NCBI RefSeq assembly: GCF_009914755.1 | Contig: NC_060931.1 | Source of the DNA: the human T2T-CHM13v2.0 reference genome, Homo sapiens | DNA length: 64,000 bases | Direction: 5' to 3' (one strand) | In this document: piece by piece, positions 29,721-42,680 of the stretch | Position numbering within the stretch: the stretch's first letter is position 1 | Layout: each line of letters starts with the position of its first letter | The notes under the pieces: model-generated | The model's database searches: none | Told to the model about the DNA's origin: nothing | What the model saw: the letters and a program-made list of their open reading frames with translations, nothing else | Translations under genes and position numbers: made by a program

Positions 29721-30420
29721 AAGTTCACATGTAAGCAAAGCAAATCAACCTGTCCAACTATTAAACCAATGAAGCTATAAACAATTATACTTCCTGAGGA
29801 GTCCTTTAACATAAGCAGAAAATATCTTTAGAATAGTCAAATACTCCCCTAAAATTACAAATAACTTTCCTTTGTGAGAGTGATAGGAAACATAGTTAAT
29901 GCCTACTATGAGTTTAAATAGCTTCTAGTTAAGAAAGTCATTAGCATTATGATTTTGTAAACTGAACATTCATTAAAGTTGTACCTTAATATGAGTGTGA
30001 TTTTATTGTCATTAATTTATTTTCTTTCTAATTTATCATTCTAATGTAATACAGCATTCCCACTCATCATTTCATTTGTACTTTTTCTAAGAATCATTTT
30101 CTTAAGCAAAGAGGCAAATGAGAAGGTTAATGTAACACTGGAGTTGTTTATTACATAAGAAACTTCTCTACGTCTCAGAATGATAATTCTAAAAATATTT
30201 TCATATATTGTCTTTGCTCTTATGCAAGTTTAACAAAAATTTCCGTAGAACAAGGAAATTCAGGGGTTTTTGACTACTAAAAATATAATTTGGCAAGTTT
30301 TTCAGGAAAAATATTAGAACTGAAAAAAATGAAATTTTTTAAATCTACCACCCTGTTCCAAGAAGAGCTGCATTATACTTCACCCTGACTAGATCTGTAG
30401 CAACTCTATTTGATGGACTT

Positions 30421-33400
30421 CTTTTTCTGTTTTTATTTTTTAACTGATACATTGTAATTGTACATGTTTGGGGGTACAATTTGATGTTTTGATACACATC
30501 TATGTTGTATAGTGATCCAGTTAGGGTAGTTAGTGTATTCATCACTTCGTGCATTTATCATTTCTTTGTAGTGACAATATTCAAAAGCCTCTCTTCTAAC
30601 TATTTTTTAATGCACAATATTTTATCATTAACCACAGCCACCGTACTATGTGATAAAATACCAGAATTATTTATTCTATCTAATTACAACTTTGTAGCCT
30701 TTGACCAACCTGTCCTCATCTTCCCCTCCCTTCTCCTTACCTTAGTCTCTGGTCATTACTGTTCTACTCACTGCTTCTGTGATATCAACTTTATGTTTTC
30801 AGAGATTCCACATATGAGTGAGATCATATGGTATTTGTCTTTCTGTGGTCTGGTTTATTTCACTTAATGAGACATCCTCCTGGTTCATCCATGTTGTCAC
30901 AAATGACAGGATTCATTCTATTTTATGGCTGAATAGCATTCCATTATGTATATATGCCAAGTTTTTTGATCCATTCATCTGATGTAGTCCATACCTTGGC
31001 AATTATAAATAGTACTGCAATAAACATGGGAGTGCAGTTACCTCTTTGATATACTTATCTCATTTCTTTTTTATGTAAACCCAGTAGTGAGACTGCTAGA
31101 TTATATTGTAGCTCTATTTTTAATTTTTTGAGGAATGTTCATAGTTTTTCATAACAGATGTACTAGTTTACAATCCCACGAAAAGTGTGTAAGTGTTCTT
31201 TCTCCACATCCCTTGTTTGCCAACACTTGTTTTCTTTCCTCTTTTTAGTATCTCATTGTGATCTTGATTTGCCTCTGACGATTAGTGATGTTGAGTATTT
31301 TTTCATATACCTGTGGCCATTTGTTAAGTCTTCTTTTGAGAAATGTCTATTAAGGTTTATTTGCTCACTTTTAAATGGGTTTTTGTTTTTCTGTCATTGA
31401 GTTGTTTAAGTTTCCTACGTATTGTAGATGTTAATTCCTTGTCAGATGTATAGTTTGCAAATATTTTCTCCCATTTTGTCAGTTGTCTCTTCACTGTTAG
31501 TTTCCTTTGCTTTGCAAAAGCTTTTTAGTTGATGTAATCTCATTTGTTTATTTTAGCTTTTGTTGCCTGTGCTTTTGAAGTCTTATTTTAAAAATGCTTG
31601 ACAAGATCAATATCATGAAGTGTTTCCCCTATGTTTTCTCCTAGTAGTTTTATAATTTGGGGTTTTTCGTTTAAGCCATTAATCTATTTTCAGTTGATTG
31701 TTGTATATGGTAAGAGGTAGAGGTCTAGTTCCATTCTTTTGCATGTAGATTTTGAATTTTCCCAGCACCATTTACTGAAAAGACTGTCTTTTTCCCACAT
31801 CTCTTCTTGGCATCTTGGTCTAAAATTAGTCAGCTGTATGTGTGTGAATTTATTTCTGGATTCTCTATTCTGTCCCTTCGGTCTGTGTGTCTGTTTTTAT
31901 GCTAGCACCATGCTGTTTTTATTACTATTGTGTTGTAGTGTATGTTGAAGTCAGGTACTTTGTTCTCTTTGTTCTCTTTGTTCATAATTGTTTTGGCTAT
32001 TTGGGGCCTTTTGTAGTTCCATATGAATTTTAGGATTGCTTTTTCTATTTCTGTGAAGAATGTCTTTGGTAGTTTGATAGAGATTGCATTAAATCTGTAG
32101 ATTCCTTTGGGTGGTATGGCCATTTTAACAATATTAATTCTTTTGAGCCATAAACATGAGATATTTTCCAATTTACTTGTGTTTTTCTTTGTCAAAGTTT
32201 CATAGTTTTTCATGTAGAAATCTTTCCCCTCCTTGGTTAAGTTTATTCCAAGGAATCCTTTTTTTATGAAGCTATTGTAAGTGAAATTGTTTTTATCATT
32301 TATTATTCAGTTAGTTCACTATTAGTGTATAGAAGTGCAACTGATTTTTGTGTGTTGATTTCGTATCCTACAACTTTATTGCATTCATTTATTAATTCTA
32401 TTTTTTTTGGTGGATCCTTTAGGGCTTTCTATATATAAGTTCATTTCATCTGCAAACGAGGACAATTTAACCTCTTCCTTTCCAGTTTGGATGCCTTATA
32501 TTTCTCATGCCTAATTCCTCTGGCTAGGACTTCTAGTTATTACATTCAATAGAAGTGGTGAAAATAAGCATCTCTGCCTTGTTCCTAATATTAAAGAAAA
32601 AGTCTTTTTAGCTTTTCCCTGTTCAATATGATGTTAACTGTGAGCTTGTCATATATTGTCTTTGTGGTGCTGAGGTACATAACTCCTATACCTATTTTGA
32701 GAGTTTTTATCATAAAGGGATGTTGAACTTTGTCAAATATATTTTCTTTCTATTGATATAATCATATGGGTTTTATCTTTCTGTTAATGTGGTGTGTCAC
32801 ATTTATTGATTTGCATATGTGAAACCATCTTTTCATTCTTGGGATGAATCCCACTTGATCGTAGTGAATGATCTTTTTAATATGCTATTGGGTCTAGTTT
32901 GCTAATATCTTGTTGAGGACTATTGCATATATGTTTACCAGGACTACTGGCATGTATTTTTCTTTTTTCTTTTCTAGTTTTGGAATCAAGGCAATACTGT
33001 TCTTGAAAAAACAAGTTTGCAAGTACTCCATTCTCTTCAATTTTCTAGAATAGTTTGATGATAATATTAGTCCTTCTTTAAATGTTTGATAGAACTCAGC
33101 AGTGAAGTCATTGGGTTCTGAACTTTTCTTTGATGGAAGACTTTTTATTACTGATTCAATTTCCTCACTATTGGTCTATTTGGATTTTCTTATCTTCATA
33201 ATTTATCTTGGTAGGTTGCATGTGTTCAAGAATTTATTCATTTCTTCTATGTTATCAAATTGGTTGACCTACAGATGTTCATAATAGGCTCTTATGATTT
33301 TATTTTTATGATATCAGTTGTAATGTCTCTTTTTTCATCTCTGACTTTATTTATTTGAGTCTTTTTTCTTCCTAGTCTAGCTAAAGACAGGTTCATTTTG

Positions 33401-35440
33401 TTTATCTTTTCAAAAAGCCAAGTCTGTTTTATTAAACTTTTAATTTTTTTAGTCTTTATTTTATTTATTTCTGCTCTGAGCTTTATTATTTCCTTATACC
33501 AATGTTGAGTTTTAATATGTTATGGGATTTTTTGTTCCTTAAAGTGCATCATTATGTTGTTTATTCAAAATCTTTCTCTTTTTTTAATGTGGCGTTTATT
33601 GTTATAAGCTTCCCTCTTACAACTGCTTTTGCCATGTCCCTTAGGTTTTGTTATTATATATTCCCATTTTCATTTGTCTCAAGAAAATTTTTCTTTGCTT
33701 TTTAATTTCTTCATTGACCTATTGATTGTTTAGGAGCATGTTGTTTAATTTTTATGTATTTATAAAGTTTTCAAAGTTTTTCTTGTTGCTAATTTCTAGT
33801 TGTATACCATTATTGTAAAGAAAGATACTTGATATAATCTCTCTTCTTAAATTTGTTAATAATTATTTTGTGGGCTAACATATGATCTGTCCTGGAAAAT
33901 GTTTTATGTGCAATTGAGAAGAATGTGTATTTTGCAGCTGTTGGATAAAATGTTCTGTAAGTTTCTTTTAATTACATTTGGTATATGGTGCAGCTTAAGT
34001 TCAATATTTGTTTTTTTTTCTATATGATCTTACTGTTAAAGTTCCTTACTGTTATTTTATTGCACTCTATCTCTCCCTTTAGGTCTAATAATATTCGCTT
34101 TATATATCTGCATGCCCCAGTGTTGCGTGCATATATACTTACAATTGTTATATCCTCTTATTAAATTGATCATTTGTTATTATATAACCTTCTTTATCTC
34201 TTTTAACAGTTTTCCTGTAGATAGGACCTAGGATGTCAGTTTGTCAGAGTGTCAGGACCTATGGTGTATTAGCTTTGGTTCTGGGTGGACTCAGTAGCAT
34301 AGTCTCCATGCAGTGTCTTTACCTGTAATCCTCATTAGCAATACCTGTGATTGTTTCAGTGACCTAGGCTATGGAAGCTTGAGATGGCATTGGCGCAGTC
34401 TTGCTGTGGTTGTGGGCACTGGGCTGATTGTTGGGCCAAGTGTGTACAGGGGCAAAGGTTGTCAGGCTGTCTGCTGGACTCTCCTGGGAGGCAAATGGTC
34501 ACTGTTGGGCTGGCTGTCAGGCCAGGCTTAGGTGCACACAGGCATGCATGGGCACAGCTGGCTGGGAAGCTGTGTAGCTGTCTCCAGGGAGGTGGGAATG
34601 CCACCAGACTGGATGTTGGGCTAGGTATACATGATTGCAGTATGGTGAGGCAGCCCTATGACAGTCTGTCTGGGAAGTGGAGGTACTGGAGGACCAGCTA
34701 TCAGGCCAGGTATGGACACATGTAGGCTAGACCAGCCATTTGGCTGTGCAGCATGTGTACACACAGGTAAGGCAGGTGGCCAGCTGGTTAGTGGCTTTGC
34801 TGCTATGCAGATCTATCTATTTCCTGGGTTGGGGGCTGCTGCATGGGTTTGGACATTGGGATTTCAATTGTTTGGTATGGCATAGACTTCAGGTGACTGG
34901 GGTTATAGTGCTGCAGACACTAATGTGAATGTGGTAAATTGATCATGGGTCTTACGGATTGAGAGAATCTGTTGCTACTATCCCTCAGGATTAGATGCAC
35001 TCTAGTAATAAATCCAGTTGCAGGATGGTGCCAAGCCATAGCTTCTTAGGTCATGGGAAGGGGAAGTGCTCAAGGTGAGCTCCTACTCTGGGGCAGTGCA
35101 GCTGCATGAACTCCCAGCTAATCAACAAACTGGCTTGGAGCCTGTGAGGACTTGGGTAACTCTCTTGTAGCAGGGATTGCTGGTGTTTGTTGCAGCAACA
35201 GGTACTACTGAGGAACTTCAGCTTACGTTTTCCCCCGTGAGAAGTACCCCTGACTCTGAACTCATTCTCACTGGGGAGACAGTGTGGCAGAGGCAGAATG
35301 CCTCACTTCCATCTCTATGGTGCTATCCATGGATTCTATTCTGCACAGGGAGTTGTTTATTCATTGTTTGGATCTCTTTCCTTGGCGTGGGAGGGATGAT
35401 CACCAAGTAACTCTAGTCAACTGTCTTGCTGACATCTCTT
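30421..35440 (-). mobile_element. L1MA4/5-like LINE-1: 3'UTR + decayed ORF2 (30421-~34215) joined to L1M-type 5'UTR (~34220-35440), ORF1 missing
   Basis: 3'UTR 'tgtacatgtttgggggtacaatttgatgttttgatacac'; ORF 31902-32213 = ORF2 ([25 protein letters not shown]); the start of ORF2 abuts GC-richer 5'UTR-like sequence ending 'tgtcttgctgacatc'. Confidence 0.88.
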
Positions 35441-38109
35441 CAGGTATTTCAAGAAATCCAGTTTTCTAATGCTTAATTCACTACGTAAAGTCTGTGTAAT
35501 TCTGTAAGTCATCTAATTTTATGATGTTTTATGTATAATTAATATATAAATTAAGTTCTTTTCTATTTATTTATGCATTAAACTATTACTGGAAAATAGT
35601 GGTTCTGATTATTCCCAATTAGAGTTTAAGTTTCAAATGTGTTATCTTAAATATAAACTACACAGTACATTGAAATAATACTTTGGGATATTCTGGAAGA
35701 CATCTCAAAAATAGCAGATGGCTTCTAGAGTGCTGACCAGTGTGAGATTCCAAAAAGGTAATTATCAGCATTGGTATTTGACACCTGTTATTGAATATTT
35801 AATGTAAGTAAAAATAAATGTGAATTACTTTTTTTCTTTATCACAACAATTATCATCATTTTACTAAGAGACATAGAGCGCTAGAAAATGACAAAGCTAA
35901 AGCAACCTAGATGAAATCCTCAACCCCTGTTGTAACATTTCCACATCTAAATCAAGGACAGAGAAATGGACATTGTAGGCAAGTGAAATGGAGTGTTGGT
36001 TTCTGGCTCTTAAGATTTTTCTACCATTTTCCTTCACATAATGTTTATCTCTCAGCCTTGAAAACCTACAGGTAAATAATGTTCGCTCACCCTGATAGTT
36101 ATCTCTGACCCCTCTCTTCGGAGTCACTACCAATAACTACTTTTTTTCAGGGAATATTTTACATATTCTCATGCACATAGTTCACTCAGCTATGTCATGA
36201 TTCCACCATTTTCCATTGACTTAATCTATATCTTCTGCTGAGGCTTTAAATGCCTCTAGAGTGACTCCAAGCCATTGAGTGCTCCAGTCATTTTAGGACT
36301 GCAAACACTATTTCCTTTTGATGCTCTGAAGCTTGTCCATAAAAATATGCTTTACCAAAAAGCTTAGAGCTGAGTCTGTATATGGAAAGTGTCATAAAAG
36401 GGTTAGCGACCATAAATGTTACTACTAATACTATTTCTACAATTACTACTATTTATCATGTTCATATATTCTGGTTAAGCCTTATACTCATGTAATTATT
36501 ATCCATTCTGGGTTTTACCAGTGATCACAAATAGGGGAATTATCTGCCCAATTTTCTCCCTCTTTTCTCATCAGCAACACACTCAACTTTTAAGCAAGAG
36601 TTATAAAATAGTATTAACTTTGGATTCCTGTCTTTCAGAAATGTATGCTTTTATATGTTTACTATATCCTTTCCTGAGGGTTCAGGTTGTAGTTTGTTGG
36701 AATAATTTTAACACTGATTTGAATGATATATATTGTACAGTACATTTCACCATCCCTCTCCTACAATTCTGAGATACAACGCTAAGATCACGTTTGTGGG
36801 CTTCATGTCTATTTCTTCGAAGTGAGTTTTTTTAAAGATATTTAAGTCCTATTAAAATAAGCCATGAGGAAGCCCTACCCCACCAATGCTATAGAAATAA
36901 CTGAAAAATGTCTAAATTCTAGAGCTAATATACTTATAAACATTATACTTTAGATAATCATTCTATGAAATAAGAAACTTGCATTGAGTCTTTTTCCTTT
37001 TAATTAATATTGAAATTAATGCATGCCAAAATTCTTGAATCCAGTTTCAGCATATCTTCATCCATCCATGACTATGATACTCTGTAAGGATGGCCTTAAC
37101 TATTGTGTTAGGTCAACCTCACACTCACAACTGCCATATCACTAACTCTAACATTTTCCAACATACTCTATGAAATGTACATTTGCCTGGAAAATAATTA
37201 CAATGTACTGCATACTATTTGATTCAAAGCCATGCTGTATAACAAACTCTTTATTTATAAGTTGCTTGAAAAAGAAATCTGCACCAGAGAAAGGTAAATG
37301 TTAAAATCACAACTATAAAAAATGATGAGTTAATTTACAAGTAAACATTAGCTATTAGACTAAAATATGTATTTTAGATAATTTAACATGCACAATTAAT
37401 ATTTAATAATGTTATGAGATCTGTTATTTTGTGACCTAATATCCCAGCTGGAAACTGTGGAAACAAGAAAATTCAAGGTCCCACAGTCAATTATTTAGAT
37501 ATGATATGAATGTGAATATCATTCTTCCTTTAATCGAGGGCTAAGAGAAATCTTAAGAAAGCAGGGCATCCATTTTTCTGCCCTGAGGTAGATCTACAAA
37601 TACTAAAGTAATGCACTGTCCTGATTCTGAAGATGACACTGCTGCCCATTATGAGTGAGTCAGATTATTGCAGTATTTTTCCATTTGCAGTGAGGTTTTT
37701 TTTTCCTATTTTACCCCTTTTTATCAGACAATGATTTACTAGATCAGATTGAAGGTCCCCAAATGCACTGAAATCAGTTAACCCTCTCAACAGAGAATAA
37801 ACATAAAATCACACCCCAAATCATATTAGAACAGTGATCTGGCAAACTACCCACAAACATGGAGCCCAAGTTATAGTATTCACTTATTTCCTGTAGAAAA
37901 CAACATTCTCAGTGGGACAGTGAAGCATGTTCTACAATGAAGGATTCACAGTCAATAAATAATGCTATTTCTTTTCCAAGTTTAGAAACAATAAGAAATA
38001 CAGGTGTCAGAGATGAAAATGGCAAGCATGTTTAGTGGAAACAATAGGCTTACTAATGCTTCACCCTCCATTCACACTCCCAGTGCCTAGCATAATGTAA
38101 GGCAACCAA

Positions 38110-38400
38110 GACTGGGTGTCATGGCGCACATCTGTAATCCTCACATTTTGGGAGGCTGAGGCAGGAAGATCACTTGCATCCAGGAGTTTGAGACCAGCTA
38201 GGTAACATAGTGAGACCCTCGTCTCTACAAAAAATAAAATACTAATTAGCCAGGCATGGTGGCACATGCCTATAGTCCCAGCTACTTGGGAGGCTGTGGT
38301 GGAAGGATCATTGAGCCCCGGGGGGCAAGGCTGCAGTGAGCTGTGATCATGCTACTGCACTCAGCCTGAGTGACAAAGCAAGACCTGTTTCCAGAAAAAA
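38110..38400 (+). mobile_element. AluJ (Jo/Jr) inserted in an L2 3' remnant
   Basis: 'gaagatcacttgcatccaggagtttgagacc', 'caaggctgcagtgagctgtgatc'; flanks 'cagtgcctagcata' and 'catagtacattctcaata'. Confidence 0.92.
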
Positions 38401-40214
38401 GGCATTTTATCTCAAGGCAGAGTACTGACCATAGTACATTCTCAATAGGCAGATGAATGCAAAGTTGACTAGTAGTGGCCACACTTCTAGTAATCATTGT
38501 ATTAATGTTATATCCATCTGCCTATGGATCTCAGCATCTCAGTTCCTTCTGTTAACTCATCAGCCAAAAATATTACTTCCCCCTTTCTGGAATGCAGTAG
38601 AAGAAGGAGCTGCAAGAGGCTGGAACTGTTTTTCTCATTCACACCTGTCTTAAGGAAGAAAAAAAAGGGGGGACTTCATCTTCTTTCCTTTAGAAACATG
38701 GGGAGTGGAGAATAAATGTTCCTACCTTCAACACTAAACATAAAATACCATCCACTTTCTATTAGTTCTCTACTAAAAGGATTGCTTAGTTTATATTTTT
38801 TCTTTTATTATCTATGTTCATTTCAATATCTCTTTCATAACTCAACCTCAGAAGGGTGATACATAGAAATCCCAGAAAACAACTGTATCATGGCATAATT
38901 AGTAAGTAGTTTACCCTTCATTGATATGAACTTAAAATTCATGTGGCTTAAAGGAGTAGTTTTAAACAGGATAATAATTATAAAATCATATATTAAAGAC
39001 ATATCTATAAAACTGAAATATTTATCCTTGTAAGATTAGCTTTAGCTGAACTGAAAAATAATCTCCTTAAATCAAATATGGCCTTTCCTACATATTTGCT
39101 CATAAAATTTTCTGGTAAATTATGATTATTTTAAATTGCACCATATGCATCAAAATTTTTAACACTGAGAATTACAAGTATTGAAGTCTTATATGTTTAT
39201 ACATTTTCCATCAAAGAAGTTTGAAATCCATACATTTTTATTTTAAAAACAGTTTAAATCTATTTCAAACTGAACTTTAGTATTTTTTAAATGAATCTAA
39301 ATAACTTGCTTTTACTACTAATCCTGGGAGAAAGAGGACTAAGGAAAAAAATGTTTGACTCTTTGCTTGTTCCCTTTCTGTCACAAATTTACATTTGAAT
39401 TATCCATCCTATCATCCAATTGACTAGATGTTTCTCCATAGACCATCCAAGACTGACAGAAATCCTCATTTGTGGAGTGAATGAATTATTTGTTCAGGCA
39501 TGATTCCTCTGCTATCTCAATTTCTGAAATACAGAAAGAGGATAAGCGCTATTAAATAACTATTAATTATACTTGCTCTGTACTCCTTTATAGGTATCTA
39601 ATTTAATCTGACACACTAAGGAAGGATTAGGAAAATAAAAGTATTCTGCAGTTCATTAATTCTTTGCAAATATAACAGATTTTATAAAAGCATTATATCT
39701 TACATAATTTAAAGATTTTGTCAAATCTTTGGAACTATAAAATTATTTGACTCAGTTTTTGGAAAATATTTTCCACATAAACTAAGAGGCCAAATTAGTT
39801 CTATTGTCAGACCAGTGGGAGAAGTCAGATTCAACATTTTTTAATAAAAATTAAAACTTTTTTCCTATGATAATGTCTGTATTTTCCATCTCTTCTGGAG
39901 TCAGTTTTATAAATAATGTATTCCAATAGATGATACTTTGTGAATATTTATGCCACATTTTAAATGCATCAATTTTTTTTATCTTAATTTTGAATTGCAA
40001 CCATTGGCATTATAGAATGATCTTTTTCCTTGTTTCTTTGCCTGTATTTACAGGAAGGGGGCAAACTGTAACTTTATTTTGTCTGCTGGCAAATGCATCC
40101 TTCCCTAGGAAACTTTTGTTATATTGAGCTGAAATTTTCAGGGATGTGAAACATAAACTCTGCAAGGGTGTCACTAGAACAGTGATCCGATAAAGTACTC
40201 ACATATGTGGATTC

Positions 40215-41200
40215 TCTGTTATGGTATTCACTTACTTGATGTAGATTCCTACTTCTACCCTTTGGTACCTGGACCAGTGTATTTTACCTGTTAATGGCAC
40301 AGAACTATATATGGCTGCTATTTCAAAATATACACCTAAACTGGATACTTCTGTATACCTTTCAGGGGTCATTCCAATATTTTATCAGTTCTGAAGCTCC
40401 TAGTTAATGTGGAAATGGTCACGTGCTCCTTGTTAGACCTTTATTGCAAAGTGGGCCACTTAATCTGAAGCAATGTCATGTGGGGACTCAAAATGTTAAA
40501 GCATTCTGCATATCTGAGGCCTCAGACAGTGGTGCTGATTGAGGCACTGAAGGCAAGCAAACTAAACTTATACCAGAAAACATGTCAATCACACAAACGA
40601 CAAATATCTGCTCCCTCTAACGTAGGCGAAGTCTCAATACCACAGAAGGCTGACTGGTGTCCTCAACTCACTACTGGTCTCTGCTGCTGACAGATCAAGC
40701 ATTCAGCTACAGAAATAGGCTAAGCGAACCTTGTGACAGGAGACTGATGCTTTAGGGCCTAGGAAAAATGTCCACCCTGCAATCATAATCATTCAATTCA
40801 CGGTCTTGTAACACAGTCACTGGTATATGCAAGGACAAAGACTAGACAGATCATCATGTATAGCTGATTGTTCAGTACCACCTCTATTTTGAATGTCTGT
40901 CATGGGCATTGTTGTGGATGCAAAAATCTTCAAAGTTTGAACTCATTCCCATAAGCCAATCTTTCATAAACAATCTCTCTCAAATCTCCTAATCTTTTTC
41001 ATTCTAATCTCATGACTGACTAGACAAGCTATTTGTCATAGCCAAGGATTCCACATATATTTTTTATCTCATGCCAATTCTCTCTCCAAACCAAAACCAA
41101 ACCAAGTGTATTCCTTACAGATAGGCCCATATCTGAGCTAACTCATCCATAAACCAGAGCCAGGTATTTTCCACCTATGTCCTCTGTTTTCAAGAGCCTA
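40215..41200 (-). mobile_element. ERV-L/MaLR internal sequence remnant (pol RNase H region)
   Basis: The minus strand around 41092-40900 gives VWRENWHEIK/IYVESLAMTNSL…LKIFAS/NNAH, a decayed ERV-L RNase H motif (WKEKWPEVRIYTDSWAVANGL…VKIFVSHVNAH). Outer boundaries approximate. Confidence 0.7.
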
Positions 41201-41231
41201 CTACAAGGCCATAGAACACTGGACCCCATCA

Positions 41232-41268
41232 TGCTACAATGATGACCCTACAAGTCATCATTGTAGCA
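41232..41268. repeat. Perfect 15-bp inverted repeat with 7-nt spacer
   Basis: tgctacaatgatgac-cctacaa-gtcatcattgtagca. Confidence 0.95.
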
Positions 41269-41425
41269 GGTCCCTAAATCTTAATATGATATATCTTACT
41301 TCCTGTACCACATGAATTTTAACACAACACCCAAAGAACTTTCCGCTTCCTGATCCCCAGATAGCATCAAAATGATGTTATCAAATACAGTGAATGAAAA
41401 TAATGTTCTGTGGAATGTCTAAATC

Positions 41426-41703
41426 AGTACGATGCAATAGAAATACAACGGGAATACATAAATAATTTTAAATTTTCCAGCAGTCACATTTTAAAAAGCA
41501 GAACATGTGAAAGAAATTTAATAATATTTATTACTTAACCCAACATATCCAAAAATATTATCATGTCAAAATGTAACCGCTATAAAAATATTAATTAGAT
41601 ATTTTATATCATTTTTAGTACTAACACTTTGAAATCTTGTATCTATTTTATACAAACAGCTCATCTGAATTTTCACCAGACACATTTCAATTGCTCCATG
41701 TGA
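41426..41703. mobile_element. MER33-like hAT-Charlie element
   Basis: 'caatagaaata...aattttccagcagtcacattttaaaa...taacccaacatatccaaaa...ctttgaaatc...cacatttcaattgctc'. Confidence 0.8.
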
Positions 41704-41710
41704 ATATGTG

Positions 41711-42680
41711 AACTTCCACTTTTGGCCAAAGTGGAGTAACAAGAACCAGAATTACCCTCCTGCTAACTGCCGGACAAAACACATGAAATAATGGTTTTCA
41801 GGACCCTGACCACAAGAGAATAAAGGACAGGGATATCTTGGAGATGAGAAACAAATGAAGTTAGCCCTATGATTGCCCCAGCATACTGCCTTGAAAGAGC
41901 TTCCAAGACACGCACAAGGAAGGGAAACCCAAGCAGAGTTCAGCAGACTCACTGATTTCAAGAGAAGGCCTAGGAGACTGAGGTGGTCACAATGCTCAGG
42001 AAAGAGTACCAAAGAGGAGAATGCTGCACAGAGTGAGATCCATGGGGACCTTCAAAGGGTACCTATGGTTTGACTATTCAGCTGAGTACTGATCAGCACA
42101 TGTGTGTAAGAAAACTAGATGAGTCAGGCAAATAATCACATGAAAGACTAGAAGAAGTACACACTTACACAGATCCAGGAATAGTGTTTATTTCCACCAG
42201 CCAGTTTGAGAAACCTCAAGATTCAATAAGCGTGGAGGGGAATACACAAAAGTATCTTGCTTCAGTAGTGGTAATAATTAGATCTAGAATAAACATTGCT
42301 GTGGTTAAGCCTAAAAAAAAACTAAAAAGCAAGACCCCAAAGGATAAAACTATTTCCAAATAATTTCCTTTGTATTTCCAAAGGATCGAAGTATTTCCTA
42401 GCTGAACTCCAGGACAAAACATGTTTATAGGACTGAGAAAATATCTGGCTAACAAATGAATACAATTCATAATGTCTGGCCTCAAGTAAAAATTACGAGG
42501 CTTGCAGATAAACAATATGCCTTATAATGAGGAGAAAATTAATCCACTGACACCAAACCAGAACAGAAAAATGGAGCAAATTAAAAATCAATGACTTCTC
42601 TTACACACATCAGAGAACAAGGTCACAAAGCAAACCACCACCTTGAAATCTGGAGAGACAGGTGCATCCAAAGACATCAT
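41711..42680 (+). mobile_element. Old L1M (L1M4/MC/MD-type) 5' region fragment
   Basis: 'acttccacttttggccaaagtggagtaacaagaaccagaattaccctcc...gccctatgattgccccagc...aaaaatcaatgacttctctta...aacaaggtcac'. Confidence 0.65.

Noticed and set aside
34313-35469. Cluster of ORFs in a GC-richer segment (possible exon or promoter)
   Set aside because: Explained as an old L1 5'UTR; CpG-depleted, so not a CpG island.
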